NCBI GenBank assembly: GCA_964016885.1
Contig: OZ024741.1
Location: 89,280,001-89,344,000, forward strand
Direction: 5' to 3'
Length of the DNA: 64,000 nt
Source of the DNA: Eledone cirrhosa
Lineage: Eukaryota
A model generated the notes under the pieces. That model ran no database searches and was not told the DNA's origin. It saw nothing but the letters and a program-made list of their open reading frames with translations. Below are positions 13,031 to 23,985 of this stretch, one piece after another; position 1 is the first letter of the stretch; every line of letters starts with the position of its first letter. Position numbers and translations under genes: made by a program.

Positions 13031-13737
13031 TCACCAACTCGCAATTGGCCAAGCATAGTGAGTACGGCTACACCCCTGACATGACCAAAACCAAAACAGA
13101 AAACGGTGGAGGTCAATCAAGGAGGGGTTCCTCCAGTACGAGTGAAAAAGGCCCTGGATTGAATTGAATTGGATTGAAATATATATATATATATACATAT
13201 AATATACAAGGTCAAGAAGACACTTCAGTTGCATCAAGGGCACAACAACCTTTCTAGTGTTGGTGTCATGATAAAATGCACCTGGTACTCAATGTAAAAT
13301 AGTTGGTGATAGGAAGGGTAACTAGTTGTAGAAAACTTGCTAAACAAAAGATCAAATAGGCTCTTCAGTTATGTCAAAGACAAGACAACCTCTCTAGTGC
13401 AGTGACATATAAAATGCACTCAGTACACTCTCATCATCATCATCATCATCATCACCGTTTTACGTCCGTTCTTCCACGCTAGCATGGGTTAGACGGGTTG
13501 TCCTGTTGTGGGCAGTGTCTGGTCGGCTGACCATGCCTTGCTCATACAGGAACTGATCTGGCTTGATTTCTACAGCTGGATGCCCTTCCTAACACCAACC
13601 TCATTTACAGTGAGTGCTGGGTGCTTTTTCGTGGCGCCTACACGTCCACTTTACAGTGTGGGCTGGGTGCTTTTTTGCCGTGGCACCTCCACGACCACCT
13701 TGCGGTGGGGGGAGGGGGGGCATATTGTTTATATGCT

Positions 13738-15075
13738 TCAGCATGTACCCATGGGAGGTCGGGTACCCTGTATTACTGCGTGACGCCAGAAGTCACGGTC
13801 GTGTGTCATTGACTTTGAGAGGTGTAGTTGGGTAAGGTCGGCTTTTATCACCTCATCCCAAGTCATCTTGGGTCTCCCCACTCCGCGGTTTCCATCAACT
13901 TCTAGTGCTCTGCACCTTTTTATGCAGCTGTCATCCTTCATACGCATCACATGTCCATACCAGCGTAACCGCCTCTCCTGCACGCAGCATTTGATTCCTC
14001 TTATGCTCAGTCTCTCTCTCAATTCCTTTATGCTTTGTCGTTCACGTATATTACTGTTACACATCCATCGGAGCATGCAGGCTTCGTTTCTCTCTAATCT
14101 ACGTAAGTCTTCCACCTTCAGCGCCCAGGTCTCACTACCATGCAACATCGCTGTTCGGATACACGCATCATACAGTCTGCCTTTCATTCTGAGGGAGAAG
14201 CCTTTTGCAGCTAGCAGTGGTAGTAGTTCCCTAAACTTCTTCCATCCCGTTCTTACCCTAGTTATTGTACTTTCTGAGCACCCACCTCCGTTGCTAATTC
14301 GGTCACCTAGGTAGCAGAAGCTGTCTACTGTTTCTACAGGGCCCTCCCAGAGATTGGTGGTACTTGTTTCCTGTGGCTGTTTGCTTGCTGTTTCAGCACA
14401 GCTGCTGCATGTGAATCCTACATTCTTAATTAAGCTTCCTGAGATCCCGCTACATCTCTTGTGTACCCATTGTTTGCATTTGGGGCAGAGAATGGAGTTC
14501 CTACCTACACCTTTCCTACATACTGAGCAAGGCCATTTCCCTGAGGGGATCTGGGTTCTGTTTTCTCGTCTACTTATAAGGACCTTAGTCTTTGTCATGG
14601 TGACTTTGAGGCCCTTTCTCTCTAGTCCCTGCTTCCAGGTTTGGAATTTATTCTCTAGTTCTACCATAGATTCAGCTATGAGTGCGAGGTCATCAGCATA
14701 CAGGAGTTCCCATGGGCATCCGGTCTTAAACTCCTCCGTTATTGCCTGCAGGACTATGATGAACAGGAGAGGGCTAAGAACAGAGCCCTGGTGGACCCCA
14801 ACCTGTACGCTAAATTCCTCGCTATACTCATTGCCAATCCTAACTTTGCTGACTGCTCCCCTATACATGGCTTGTACCGCTTTCACAAGCCATTCATCTA
14901 CTCCTAGTTTTCTAAGAGCCCACCAGATTACTGCACGTGGAACTCTGTCAAAGGCTTTCTCAAGGTCGACAAATGCCAAGTAGAGTGGCTTACTTTTAGC
15001 TAGGTACTTTTCCTGTAATTGCCTCACAAGGAAGAGGGCATCAGTGGTGCCTTTCCCTGGCTGGTACAAACCCAA
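13738..15075 (-). CDS. RTE ORF, C-terminal part: RT with internal PHD finger
   Basis: FVDLEKAFD, GVHQGSVLSP, LLYADD, C4HC3 cluster, FCYLG, RLRWYGHV, GRPKMTW. Confidence 0.93.
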   Translation of the reverse strand: MGLYQPGKGTTDALFLVRQLQEKYLAKSKPLYLAFVDLEKAFDRVPRAVIWWALRKLGVDEWLVKAVQAMYRGAVSKVRIGNEYSEEFSVQVGVHQGSVLSPLLFIIVLQAITEEFKTGCPWELLYADDLALIAESMVELENKFQTWKQGLERKGLKVTMTKTKVLISRRENRTQIPSGKWPCSVCRKGVGRNSILCPKCKQWVHKRCSGISGSLIKNVGFTCSSCAETASKQPQETSTTNLWEGPVETVDSFCYLGDRISNGGGCSESTITRVRTGWKKFRELLPLLAAKGFSLRMKGRLYDACIRTAMLHGSETWALKVEDLRRLERNEACMLRWMCNSNIRERQSIKELRERLSIRGIKCCVQERRLRWYGHVMRMKDDSCIKRCRALEVDGNRGVGRPKMTWDEVIKADLTQLHLSKSMTHDRDFWRHAVIQGTRPPMGTC

Positions 15076-16861
15076 ATTGCATCTCGTCTATATTCACCCG
15101 GTCCCTAATCAGCTGTGCTATAACTCTTTCTGTTACTTTCATGACCTGGTCCATCAACTTTATACCTCTATAGTTTCCTCTATCTAGTGCATCGCCTTTA
15201 CCTTTGTAGCAGTTGACAATGATGCTACTGCACCAATCTTTTGGTATGGCCCCCTCTAGTATTACCTGGTTAACGATACGTGTGGTTATAGTGTGACCTA
15301 CAGACCCAGATGCCTTCAGCATCTCGGCAGCTATACCCGATGGACCGGTTGCCTTCCCTATCTTCATATCTCTGATTGCCTTACTTACTACGCTGCCGCT
15401 GACTTGTACTGCTGGTCCCTCTATAGGGTCTACGTGGGGTAGGGTCTCTTCTTCCCATGCATTCTCCTCATTTAGTAATCTATCATAATGACTCTTCCAT
15501 GCATCTTTCTTCTCAGCACTTGTGAGGGCAAGCTCACCTTTATCATTCCAGATACACTTCTCTCCAATGACATCACAACTATCTCTGACACACTGCCTCG
15601 CAATCTTGAATACCTCCTGTTTCTGGTCCTCACGTTGTAAAACATGCTTGAATTTTCTATCCTCTGCTTCCCTCCTAGCTAAGTATACTTTTCGCCTAGC
15701 TTCCCTCTTGGTCTCTATGTAATGTACCCTGCTCCCCCCGTTCTTCCATTCTTTCCATGCCTGTCTCTTGGCCTTGACTGCTTCATCTACCTTATTGTTC
15801 CACCACCAAGTCACTCTCCTCCTGCTTGAGGTCTTACTCCAGCCACAAACCTCATCCGTCGCCTCTAGTAAGTTATTTTTTAGGAACTCCCAGTTCTCTT
15901 CTACGTTAAATGTCTCTATCTGTTCTTCTTTACTGTCGTAGGCGTTGAGTAAAATATCTTTAAATCTGTTACTGGTTGAGGGGACTTTCAGCTTCCTGAT
16001 CTTTCTTCTCCAGGTTGGCCTCTGTTTCAGGGCTCGTCTAGTTCTGACCGTGAGGTCGCTGACAACTAAGCTATGTTGGGATGTACATTCCTCACTAGGG
16101 AAGGCTTTTGTGTTTACGACCGTCCATCTGTCACGTCCTCTGATGAGGATAAAATCTAACTGACTAGAGTGCTCCCCTGATCTATAGGTGATCAGGTGGT
16201 TGTCGGGTTTTTTAAAGTTTGTGTTACATATCGACATGTCATTGGCGTCGCAGAATTCTAGAAGTCTGAATCCTTCCTCATTCCTTGTGCCAACTCCATG
16301 GCCTCCATGTACTCTATTGAAGCCGTCGCAGTGTTTACCTACGTGTCCGTTAAAATCTCCTGCAATGATTAGGAAGTCCTTGTCGTCTGTTAGAGCAGTA
16401 GTGTGTATTAGGGACTCGTAAAACCTATCCTTAAGTTCGTCTGGCAGCCCCGATTGGGGTGCGTAAGCTGATATTATTGTGGTAATTGTCTTATTCAGGA
16501 CTAGTCTGAGTTTAATGATTCTTGCATTTACCCTGTACACTGAGATTACTTTATCTACCCACTTGTCAGCTAATAGTATACTTACACCACCCATCCCATC
16601 GTCATTTCCCACCCAGAAAAATTTGTAGCACTGGCTTTTTCCTACAAGGACTCTAGCAGACCCTCCTCTCCATCTAGTCTCTTGCACACAGCATACATCA
16701 ACTTCCTTTCGCTCTAGCATTTCTACGATTTCTCCTGCTCTTCCTTTCATTGAGCCTACATTGATGGTACCAACTCGGAGTTTTGGGCATTTGTCGACAC
16801 TCGTAGGGGAGGGTCTCTGGGTTGGCGCTTCACGTGGGTGCTTGGTAGCTCGCAGATTCAT
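15041..16861 (-). CDS. RTE ORF, N-terminal part: APE endonuclease, linker and start of RT
   Basis: TINVGSM, VQETRW, AYAP, GDFNGH, QLDFIL, NYRGIKL and QFGF motifs in a 606-aa ORF. Confidence 0.93.
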   Translation of the reverse strand: MNLRATKHPREAPTQRPSPTSVDKCPKLRVGTINVGSMKGRAGEIVEMLERKEVDVCCVQETRWRGGSARVLVGKSQCYKFFWVGNDDGMGGVSILLADKWVDKVISVYRVNARIIKLRLVLNKTITTIISAYAPQSGLPDELKDRFYESLIHTTALTDDKDFLIIAGDFNGHVGKHCDGFNRVHGGHGVGTRNEEGFRLLEFCDANDMSICNTNFKKPDNHLITYRSGEHSSQLDFILIRGRDRWTVVNTKAFPSEECTSQHSLVVSDLTVRTRRALKQRPTWRRKIRKLKVPSTSNRFKDILLNAYDSKEEQIETFNVEENWEFLKNNLLEATDEVCGWSKTSSRRRVTWWWNNKVDEAVKAKRQAWKEWKNGGSRVHYIETKREARRKVYLARREAEDRKFKHVLQREDQKQEVFKIARQCVRDSCDVIGEKCIWNDKGELALTSAEKKDAWKSHYDRLLNEENAWEEETLPHVDPIEGPAVQVSGSVVSKAIRDMKIGKATGPSGIAAEMLKASGSVGHTITTRIVNQVILEGAIPKDWCSSIIVNCYKGKGDALDRGNYRGIKLMDQVMKVTERVIAQLIRDRVNIDEMQFGFVPARERHH

Positions 16862-17103
16862 ATTTCATCTATTGATTCAGAGTTGCTCGTGTATTCCCAG
16901 CTCATCCATCCATAACGGTGGGAAAATTGAGGGCTAGAAGAACAGTGGTGGTGGGGTAATGGCAGGGTGTGTTGGGATGCGCCAGAGGAGGAGAGAGTTA
17001 GTTAGGCAGGTAGTAGCAGCAGCAGTGGAAATGGCATGCTAGGTTTGATTGGTCGAATAGACTATGGTGGTGTGTGGGGGTGGGGGGGAGGGAAATTGTG
17101 AGG

Positions 17104-18987
17104 TAGGAACTGAGGGTCGCATGGTAAATATCCAAGTTAATACTACATCAGTAAAATTAACAATAATAACGTCATGAAAAACTACTAAGAGAAACCCTCG
17201 AAAATTTATCGCTAATACAGCAGGGAAAATTTAACGCTAATACAGCAGGGAACATCATAATATTAACGACAATATGTAGGCTAAAATACCTTCGTAGATT
17301 AGATGGATGGCTGGAAAAATTGGAATCAGCTCTAGTGATACATTTTAGCAGAGAAGAATGGGAAAGTGTCTTATCTCTTCAATATTTTCAGATTGAATGA
17401 ATTAGGTTAAAGACAGGGTAGTAAGCCTTAAAGAAGTGCATAGAGAGAGGGGGGGGGGGGTAGGAACTGAGGGTCGCATGGTAAATAACTGAGAGAGATA
17501 CAATAGGATTAGAATACCGCATGGTAAATATCCAAGTTAATAAGTTAATACTACATCAGTAAAATTAACAATAATAACGTCATGAAAAACTACTAAGAGA
17601 AACCCTCGAAAATTTATCGCTAATACAGCAGGGAAAATTTAACGCTAATACAGCAGGGAACATCATAATATTAACGACAATATGTAGGCTAAAATACCTT
17701 CGTAGATTAGATGGATGGCTGGAAAAATTGGAATCAGCTCTAGTGATACATTTTAGCAGAGAAGAATGGGAAAGTGTCTTATCTCTTCAATATTTTCAGA
17801 TTGAATGAATTAGGTTAAAGACAGGGTAGTAAGCCTTAAAGAAGTGCATAGAGAGGGGGGGGGGGTAGGAACTGAGGGTCGCATGGTAAATAACTGAGAG
17901 AGATACAATAGGATTAGAATACCGCATGGTAAATATCCAAGTTAATAAGTTAATACTACATCAGTAAAATTAACAATAATAACGTCATGAAAAACTACTA
18001 AGAGAAACCCTCGAAAATTTATCGCTAATACAGCAGGGAAAATTTAACGCTAATACAGCAGGGAACATCATAATATTAACGACAATATGTAGGCTAAAAT
18101 ACCTTCGTAGATTAGATGGATGGCTGGAAAAATTGGAGTCAGCTCTAGTGATACATTTTAGCAGAGAAGAATGGGAAAGTGTCTTATCTCTTCAATATTT
18201 TCAGATTGAATGAATTAGGTTAAAGACAGGGTAGTAAGCCTTAAAGAAGTGCATAGAGAGAGGGGGGGGGGGTAGGAACTGAGGGTCGCATGGTAAATAA
18301 CTGAGAGAGATACAATAGGATTAGAATACCGCATGGTAAATATCCAAGTTAATAAGTTAATACTACATCAGTAAAATTAACAATAATAACGTCATGAAAA
18401 ACTACTAAGAGAAACCCTCGAAAATTTATCGCTAATACAGCAGGGAAAATTTAACGCTAATACAGCAGGGAACATCATAATATTAACGACAATATGTAGG
18501 CTAAAATACCTTCGTAGATTAGATGGATGGCTGGAAAAATTGGAATCAGCTCTAGTGATACATTTTAGCAGAGAAGAATGGGAAAGTGTCTTATCTCTTC
18601 AATATTTTCAGATTGAATGAATTAGGTTAAAGACAGGGTAGTAAGCCTTAAAGAAGTGCATAGAGAGAGGGGGGGGGGGTAGGAACTGAGGGTCGCATGG
18701 TAAATAACTGAGAGAGATACAATAGGATTAGAATACCGCATGGTAAATATCCAAGTTAATAAGTTAATACTACATCAGTAAAATTAACAATAATAACGTC
18801 ATGAAAAACTACTAAGAGAAACCCTCGAAAATTTATCGCTAATACAGCAGGGAAAATTTAACGCTAATACAGCAGGGAACATCATAATATTAACGACAAT
18901 ATGTAGGCTAAAATACCTTCGTAGATTAGATGGATGGCTGGAAAAATTGGAATCAGCTCTAGTGATACATTTTAGCAGAGAAGAATG
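17104..18987. repeat. Tandem array of ~407-bp monomers (about 4.6 copies)
   Basis: Motif taggaactgagggtcgcatgg starts at 17104, 17461, 17866, 18273 and 18680. Units are near-identical. Confidence 0.97.
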
Positions 18988-19276
18988 TAGATTACAAAGA
19001 ACTCTGTAGATTACAAAAATGTATGTAAGCATGATGCATCCCCCCAGCCTGCCTGAGAGGTCTGTGGCTTCAGCTGAGTACTGGTTTGATCTATGACAAC
19101 CTGTCCAACCCTTGCTAGTAGGGAAAATGTGTTAAATGATGATGATACTCATAAACAACTTAGTATTGTTATTCTTGTATTTGATTTCTTTGTAGCTGAA
19201 GTTCTATAGTTTAAAAGGAATCAAAGATTTTACAAGAAGAATTTTGTGAAAAGTGATAGAGATTCAAAATACTTAC

Positions 19277-19400
19277 AATAATAGCTCCATTTCAGAAGTA
19301 TCAAATTTTGCTGGCATTTTGGCTATTTCTTTCAATTTTTTCAAAATATCTTTGGCCTTTTCCACATCACATTTACCAAGAACAAGAGTGGTGCAGCAAG
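19277..19400 (-). CDS. Secreted Cys-rich protein, exon 2: (A)CCTTLVLG/KCDVEKAKDILKKLKEIAKMPAKFDTSEMELL
   Basis: tctttcttgtag acceptor, gtaagt donor, phase 1 to 2. VLG/K resembles a signal peptidase site. Confidence 0.85.
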
Positions 19401-19957
19401 CTACAAGAAAGACATCAACACCATCAAAGCCACAACAATCAATATATAACTCCCATAAACATCTGAACCATTTCCTTAACAACAGTTAAGGCTCAATACC
19501 AGTGCCAGGAAAACATTTTCTCGCATAATATCTCACATAATATCGAATCTAGGAGATTTTGAAAGTATTTATTTTGAGAACAATACCTTAACATCAGTAT
19601 GACTGGCCAGTTACAGCCAGTTTCAACAGAAAGAGGTAGAGAATTCTGGCTGGTTTTGGCCGGTTTGAACATTAAAGGGTTAAAATCATTTTGGAAATAA
19701 TCAAGAATATGAATTTTTTAATAATATAATTAACCTTTTCATTTTTTATAAATGTTCTGACAAAATTATAATGTAAGGTTTTTAGATAAATATAAAAACA
19801 AACAGCTTTATAATATAAAACTATGGGTAGTTTCAGCCAGTTTTGTGTCAAAAGGGTAACATTTTCTGTGTGAAACTACTGTAAGTGTGGCTTGTATAAG
19901 CAGGTCCAAGAGCAATTTCATACATTTTTTGGAACAGGCAAATCTCCCTTCAAAGCC

Positions 19958-21573
19958 TTCTTCTTCGCCTATTTATTCTCGAGAGGATTGTGGCGGAAGA
20001 GTCCTCAAACACTCCTAGCGGGTCCTGTCAGAAGCAACTGTCTCCAATTGATCTGGCTAGATACCCAAGCATGACCATATTATTGATCCATCTTGCTTGG
20101 GGTCTATCACTAGGTCTCCTGCCAGTTGGTTTTGCCTGTAAAATCTGTCCAGTGATACTTTCCTGAGATATTCTAAGCACATGCCCATAGTATCAGAGCT
20201 GGGATCTCTCAATTTGGAGAAGTAGCAGCTCTACCTGGAATGAGCCTCTGATTTCTGAGCTACGCATTCTATTGAGTAACGTTACTCCAAAGACCCTTCA
20301 GAGGAACCCCCTTTTGGCCACATGCTTTTGTGATCGTATTCTTTTGGTCATTACCCAAGATTCATTACCATAGGTAAGGGTTGGCACAAATGCCGTATTG
20401 AAAATAGCGAGTTTTGCTTTTACACCTACCTCCCTTCTGATTACCGAATGGTGAAGTTGGCGCATTACTGCACCAGCTCCTGCAATTCTTACACTTAATT
20501 CAGCCTTCTGCCCTCATGAACACGGCCTCGAGATACTTTTACTTCTTTACTTGCTTCAGTGGAATTCCATTCACATGTAGAGTGCACTGGGCAGGCTTCC
20601 TTGAGCCAACGAGTATCTCAGTTTTCACAGCACTGATTTTCATTTCAGCCATGCAGCACTCGGTATCAACCATATCGAGTACAAGTCGGAGATCACCTTC
20701 TGTTGAGTTAAGTAACACCATGTCGTCTGCAAATTCCAGCCAACTCATGATATCACTTCCAATCCAGTTGTGCATGTCAATCCTGTTCATGTAAATAACG
20801 AACAGGAGAGGTGACAGTACACACTCTTGGTGGAGTCTGACACTCACATTGAATGGTTTCAATTTAGCACCATTTATCCAAATACAAATACTCGAGCATT
20901 TGTATAGAGACATCAGAGCAGCAAGAAGCTGACCATCAATCCCATACTCTTGCAGAACCTTCCACAGCAGGTCCTGAGGAACATGGTCATATGCCTTTTC
21001 AAGGTTGACAGAACAAGAATATACCTCTTGGCAATACTCCCGTGATTTCTCAATGACTTGCTGTAGAGTGAATATTTGGTCAGCTGTACTGCGTCCGGGG
21101 AGAGAACCACACTGTTCATCAGCTAGCTTGGACTTGACAATCTCCCTACATCTCTTTGCCTGACACTTAGCATAGACTTTACCGGTGAGGCTTAACAAGG
21201 AGGTCTACTTTGTAATTGGAACAATCTCTCTTGTCTCCCTTTTTTAAAATTGGGATTATCACTCCTCCAGACTTGCTATCAAGAACACGTCTGGGGTTCT
21301 CTCTTCAGAGAGGTGCATCCTCGGGAGTTGGAGAGAATACTTTGTTGATCTCCTAAACCTGATCACAACAACTTCTGATATACACAAGGTGCATCTGACA
21401 GTGGTGACTAATCTCTCAGAGGTTGAGGTCACAAGAGCAGTTAAAGAGCTCAAATGCGACAAGGCTGCTGGGGAAGATGAAATCCTGCCCGAGATGTTGA
21501 AAGCTTTAAATAGAGAAGGTATTCTCTGGCTAATTTGTCTGTGCTGAGTGGCCTGGATCTCTGAAAAAGCACT
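19958..21573 (-). mobile_element. RTE family 2 insertion with inverted 5' segment and 11-bp TSD
   Basis: TSD ccttcaaagcc at 19947-19957 and 21574-21584. (GAA)n tail. RT ORF 20539-21198. Segment ~21262-21573 is inverted. Confidence 0.9.
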
Positions 21574-22151
21574 CCTTCAAAGCCAATATACAAAACTGGG
21601 TGAAGAAGTTTGAGACTTATGGAACAGTGGGGAACCTAAATACAATGTCTGAGGATTGTCCTACCCACGCTGGACGACCCAGGAAGCAATGGTCCAAGAG
21701 TCTGTTGAACAGAGTCTAAAAGGATTACTGCGTAGAAGCCATTCTTTGGGTCTCTCCACAGAAGAGTTGTCAGAGGACCTTAAGAAGTATCCCTATAAAA
21801 TACAAACTAAATAAAAGCTTACTGTGGTTGATATGACCAAGAGAAAGGCTGGGAAAATTCTGGAGAAGATGGAAAAGAACCCCAATTTTTTTAATCTGCT
21901 GTCAATCTCTGATGAAGCCCACTTTCACTTAGAGGGGAACATCAACTCTAAGAACAATGTGTTCTGGGGGTCAGAGAAATCCACTGCGAAGCCTCTTCAT
22001 CTGGCTAAATGTATTGTCTGAGCTGTGATTTCTGAGAGAGGGTTGATTAGCCCATACTTCTTTGAAGAAAATGGTGTCACTGCTACATTCACAAAGGAAT
22101 ACTATATGGCGGAAGACTTCAAAAAGGATCTACAGATCACATACCCATCAC

Positions 22152-22487
22152 TTCATCATCATCACTTTACGTCTGCTTTTCCCTGCTTGCAAGGGTGGAA
22201 CGAGAACTGATTCTGGCTTGATTTCTACAGCTGGGTGCCCTTCTTAACACCAACCTCATTTACAGTGAGTGCTGGGTGCTTTTTTGCCGTGGCACCTCCA
22301 CGACCACTTTTCAGTGGAATGATATGGACCCCAGTCCCTATCATCTCATTTCTACAGCTGAGTAAACTGGAGCAATGTGAAATAAAGTGTCTTGCTCAAG
22401 GAAACAACACATCACCCGGTCTGAGAATTGAACTCACAACCTTTCGATTGCAAGGCCAATGCTCTAACCACTAAGCGATGTGCCTTC
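22152..22487 (-). mobile_element. tRNA/CORE-like SINE carrying the RTE family 1 3' tail
   Basis: Head gcttagtggttagagc...gttcaattc. Tail matches 13432-13700. Inserted in the mariner ORF at catc. Confidence 0.88.
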
Positions 22488-23814
22488 ATCTCTAATGAAT
22501 AAGTTCTGGTTCCAGCAAGGCAGAGCAAACTCTTACACCTCCAATGAATCATGTGAATGGCTGAAAAATAACCTTGGAAATCGTATGATCAGTTCCATGA
22601 GTGATTTTGAGTGGACCCTACACACCCTCGATTTAAGCCGCCCCCAAACAAGATTTCCTTCTTTGGGGCTATCTGAAGGATAGGGTATATGTCAACAAAA
22701 CCAGGACCATTACTGAACTAAAGAGGGAGATCAGAACCATTCCTAAGTCTGTTAGTAAAGACGTTATACTAAACTTTACTATGCACCTCTGTGTTTACGC
22801 CCCGTAAGTTTGCAGCTCTATAAAAAGACTTGAAAAAGTATTGGGCTCGATGTATTTGTCTTTTAGGCGATGACTTAGCATGGCTGCAATCCAATGACTA
22901 AAACCAGTAAAAGAATTAAAAAAATTATATAAATAGTATATGACTGGTATTACTCTTTATATCTATGCAAAAGAACAATGTAAAATATAAATTTCGTTTT
23001 TGTTGTAGAATTATATTTTTGTTTCTCTTCGAATTATAGGTGGCGAATTGACAGAGCCGTTTGGGGTGTCAGATTAAAAAAGCCTCAGTATTTCTTCTGA
23101 CTTACTTCATATCTCACCGAGGTCACCTTTGCCTTTTATCCTGCCATGGTCGATAAATAAGATACCAGTCTAGTACAGGGGTCAATTCTTTCCCCCTTCT
23201 CCCTTTCTCTGGAAAAAATCGACTATGATCCGACCTGGGGAGGGATGTGCTCTATCAAGTTTAAAATGCCCAAGAACGCTGCCACTTGAGCTACATTAGT
23301 AGTTATGGACATCTCTTTGAATTAGATAAAATAAAATATAATATTAACTGTTATTTTGGCCTGGCTCATTGACTGTCAGACTAAATTGATGAACTGAAAG
23401 GAGTGCCAAAAAGAGGATACGACGACGAATTGAAGAATATGATGGAGAAAAACAACAGCACATATTTAACCAAGCCTATTACATCCAGGATACACATGTG
23501 CATGGTTGCCATAAATCAAATGCCAATTGTGTTTGAAAATATCCTGGTACACACGCACAGATATCTCTTTTCCACACACTAGGGTTACAAATAATACAGT
23601 CGTGGTGGAATAAGCGATCAGTAATTTTTCTAGGATGTCGCTTAGTTTACATATTGAGACCCCCAACATATCCTATTTATTTTATAACGTATGGGATTTC
23701 TAGAAATGTACTCTTTTTGTCATGTATAATGTTTTTTGATGTATAAGAAAAATTAATTGTCGCAGGAATGCTATCACTTAAAATATTTCGCCGGAGATAA
23801 ATTAGCAAAATATA

Positions 23815-23985
23815 ATTGTTTCTACTTTAGGCACAAGGCCAGCAATTACCCAGTGCATTACTGGTACTTTATTTTATCGACCCCGTAAGGATGAAAGGCA
23901 AAGTCAACCTCGGCGGGATTTGAACTCAGATCGTAAAGGGACGTAACTATGCTGGAAACATGGCGTCCGACCCTCTACCGATACT
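23815..23985 (-). mobile_element. tRNA-derived SINE (Meta-domain-like), young; truncated sisters at about 24650-24768 and 35207-35310
   Basis: Reverse complement of the 2024-2212 family. Confidence 0.85.

Larger units (their letters stand above)
13432..18987 (-). mobile_element. Full-length RTE LINE family 1: tandem-monomer 5' region, APE-RT ORF with PHD insert, 3' UTR, (GAT)n tail
   Basis: Single long APE+RT ORF broken by one frameshift. Tail at 13432-13454. Short candidate TSD actct at 13427-13431 and 19001-19005. Confidence 0.93.
19860..22790 (+). mobile_element. Tc1/mariner (DUF4817-HTH type) transposase relic split by two insertions
   Basis: Rejoined across the TSD it reads GKSPFKANIQNWVKKFETYGTV, then SDEAHFHL, ISPYFFE, WFQQ and FLWGYLKDRVY. 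Confidence 0.85.

Noticed and set aside
13868-14983. Long + strand ORFs (148 and 209 aa)
   Set aside because: Antisense shadows of the RTE RT frame.
15041-15075. Programmed frameshift between the two RTE ORFs
   Set aside because: Explained by a 4-bp duplication absent from the sister copy near 34930, and there is no slippery heptamer.
22400-22487. tRNA-like sequences here and at other SINE heads
   Set aside because: A and B boxes are present but run into SINE bodies and tails, with no complete cloverleaf.
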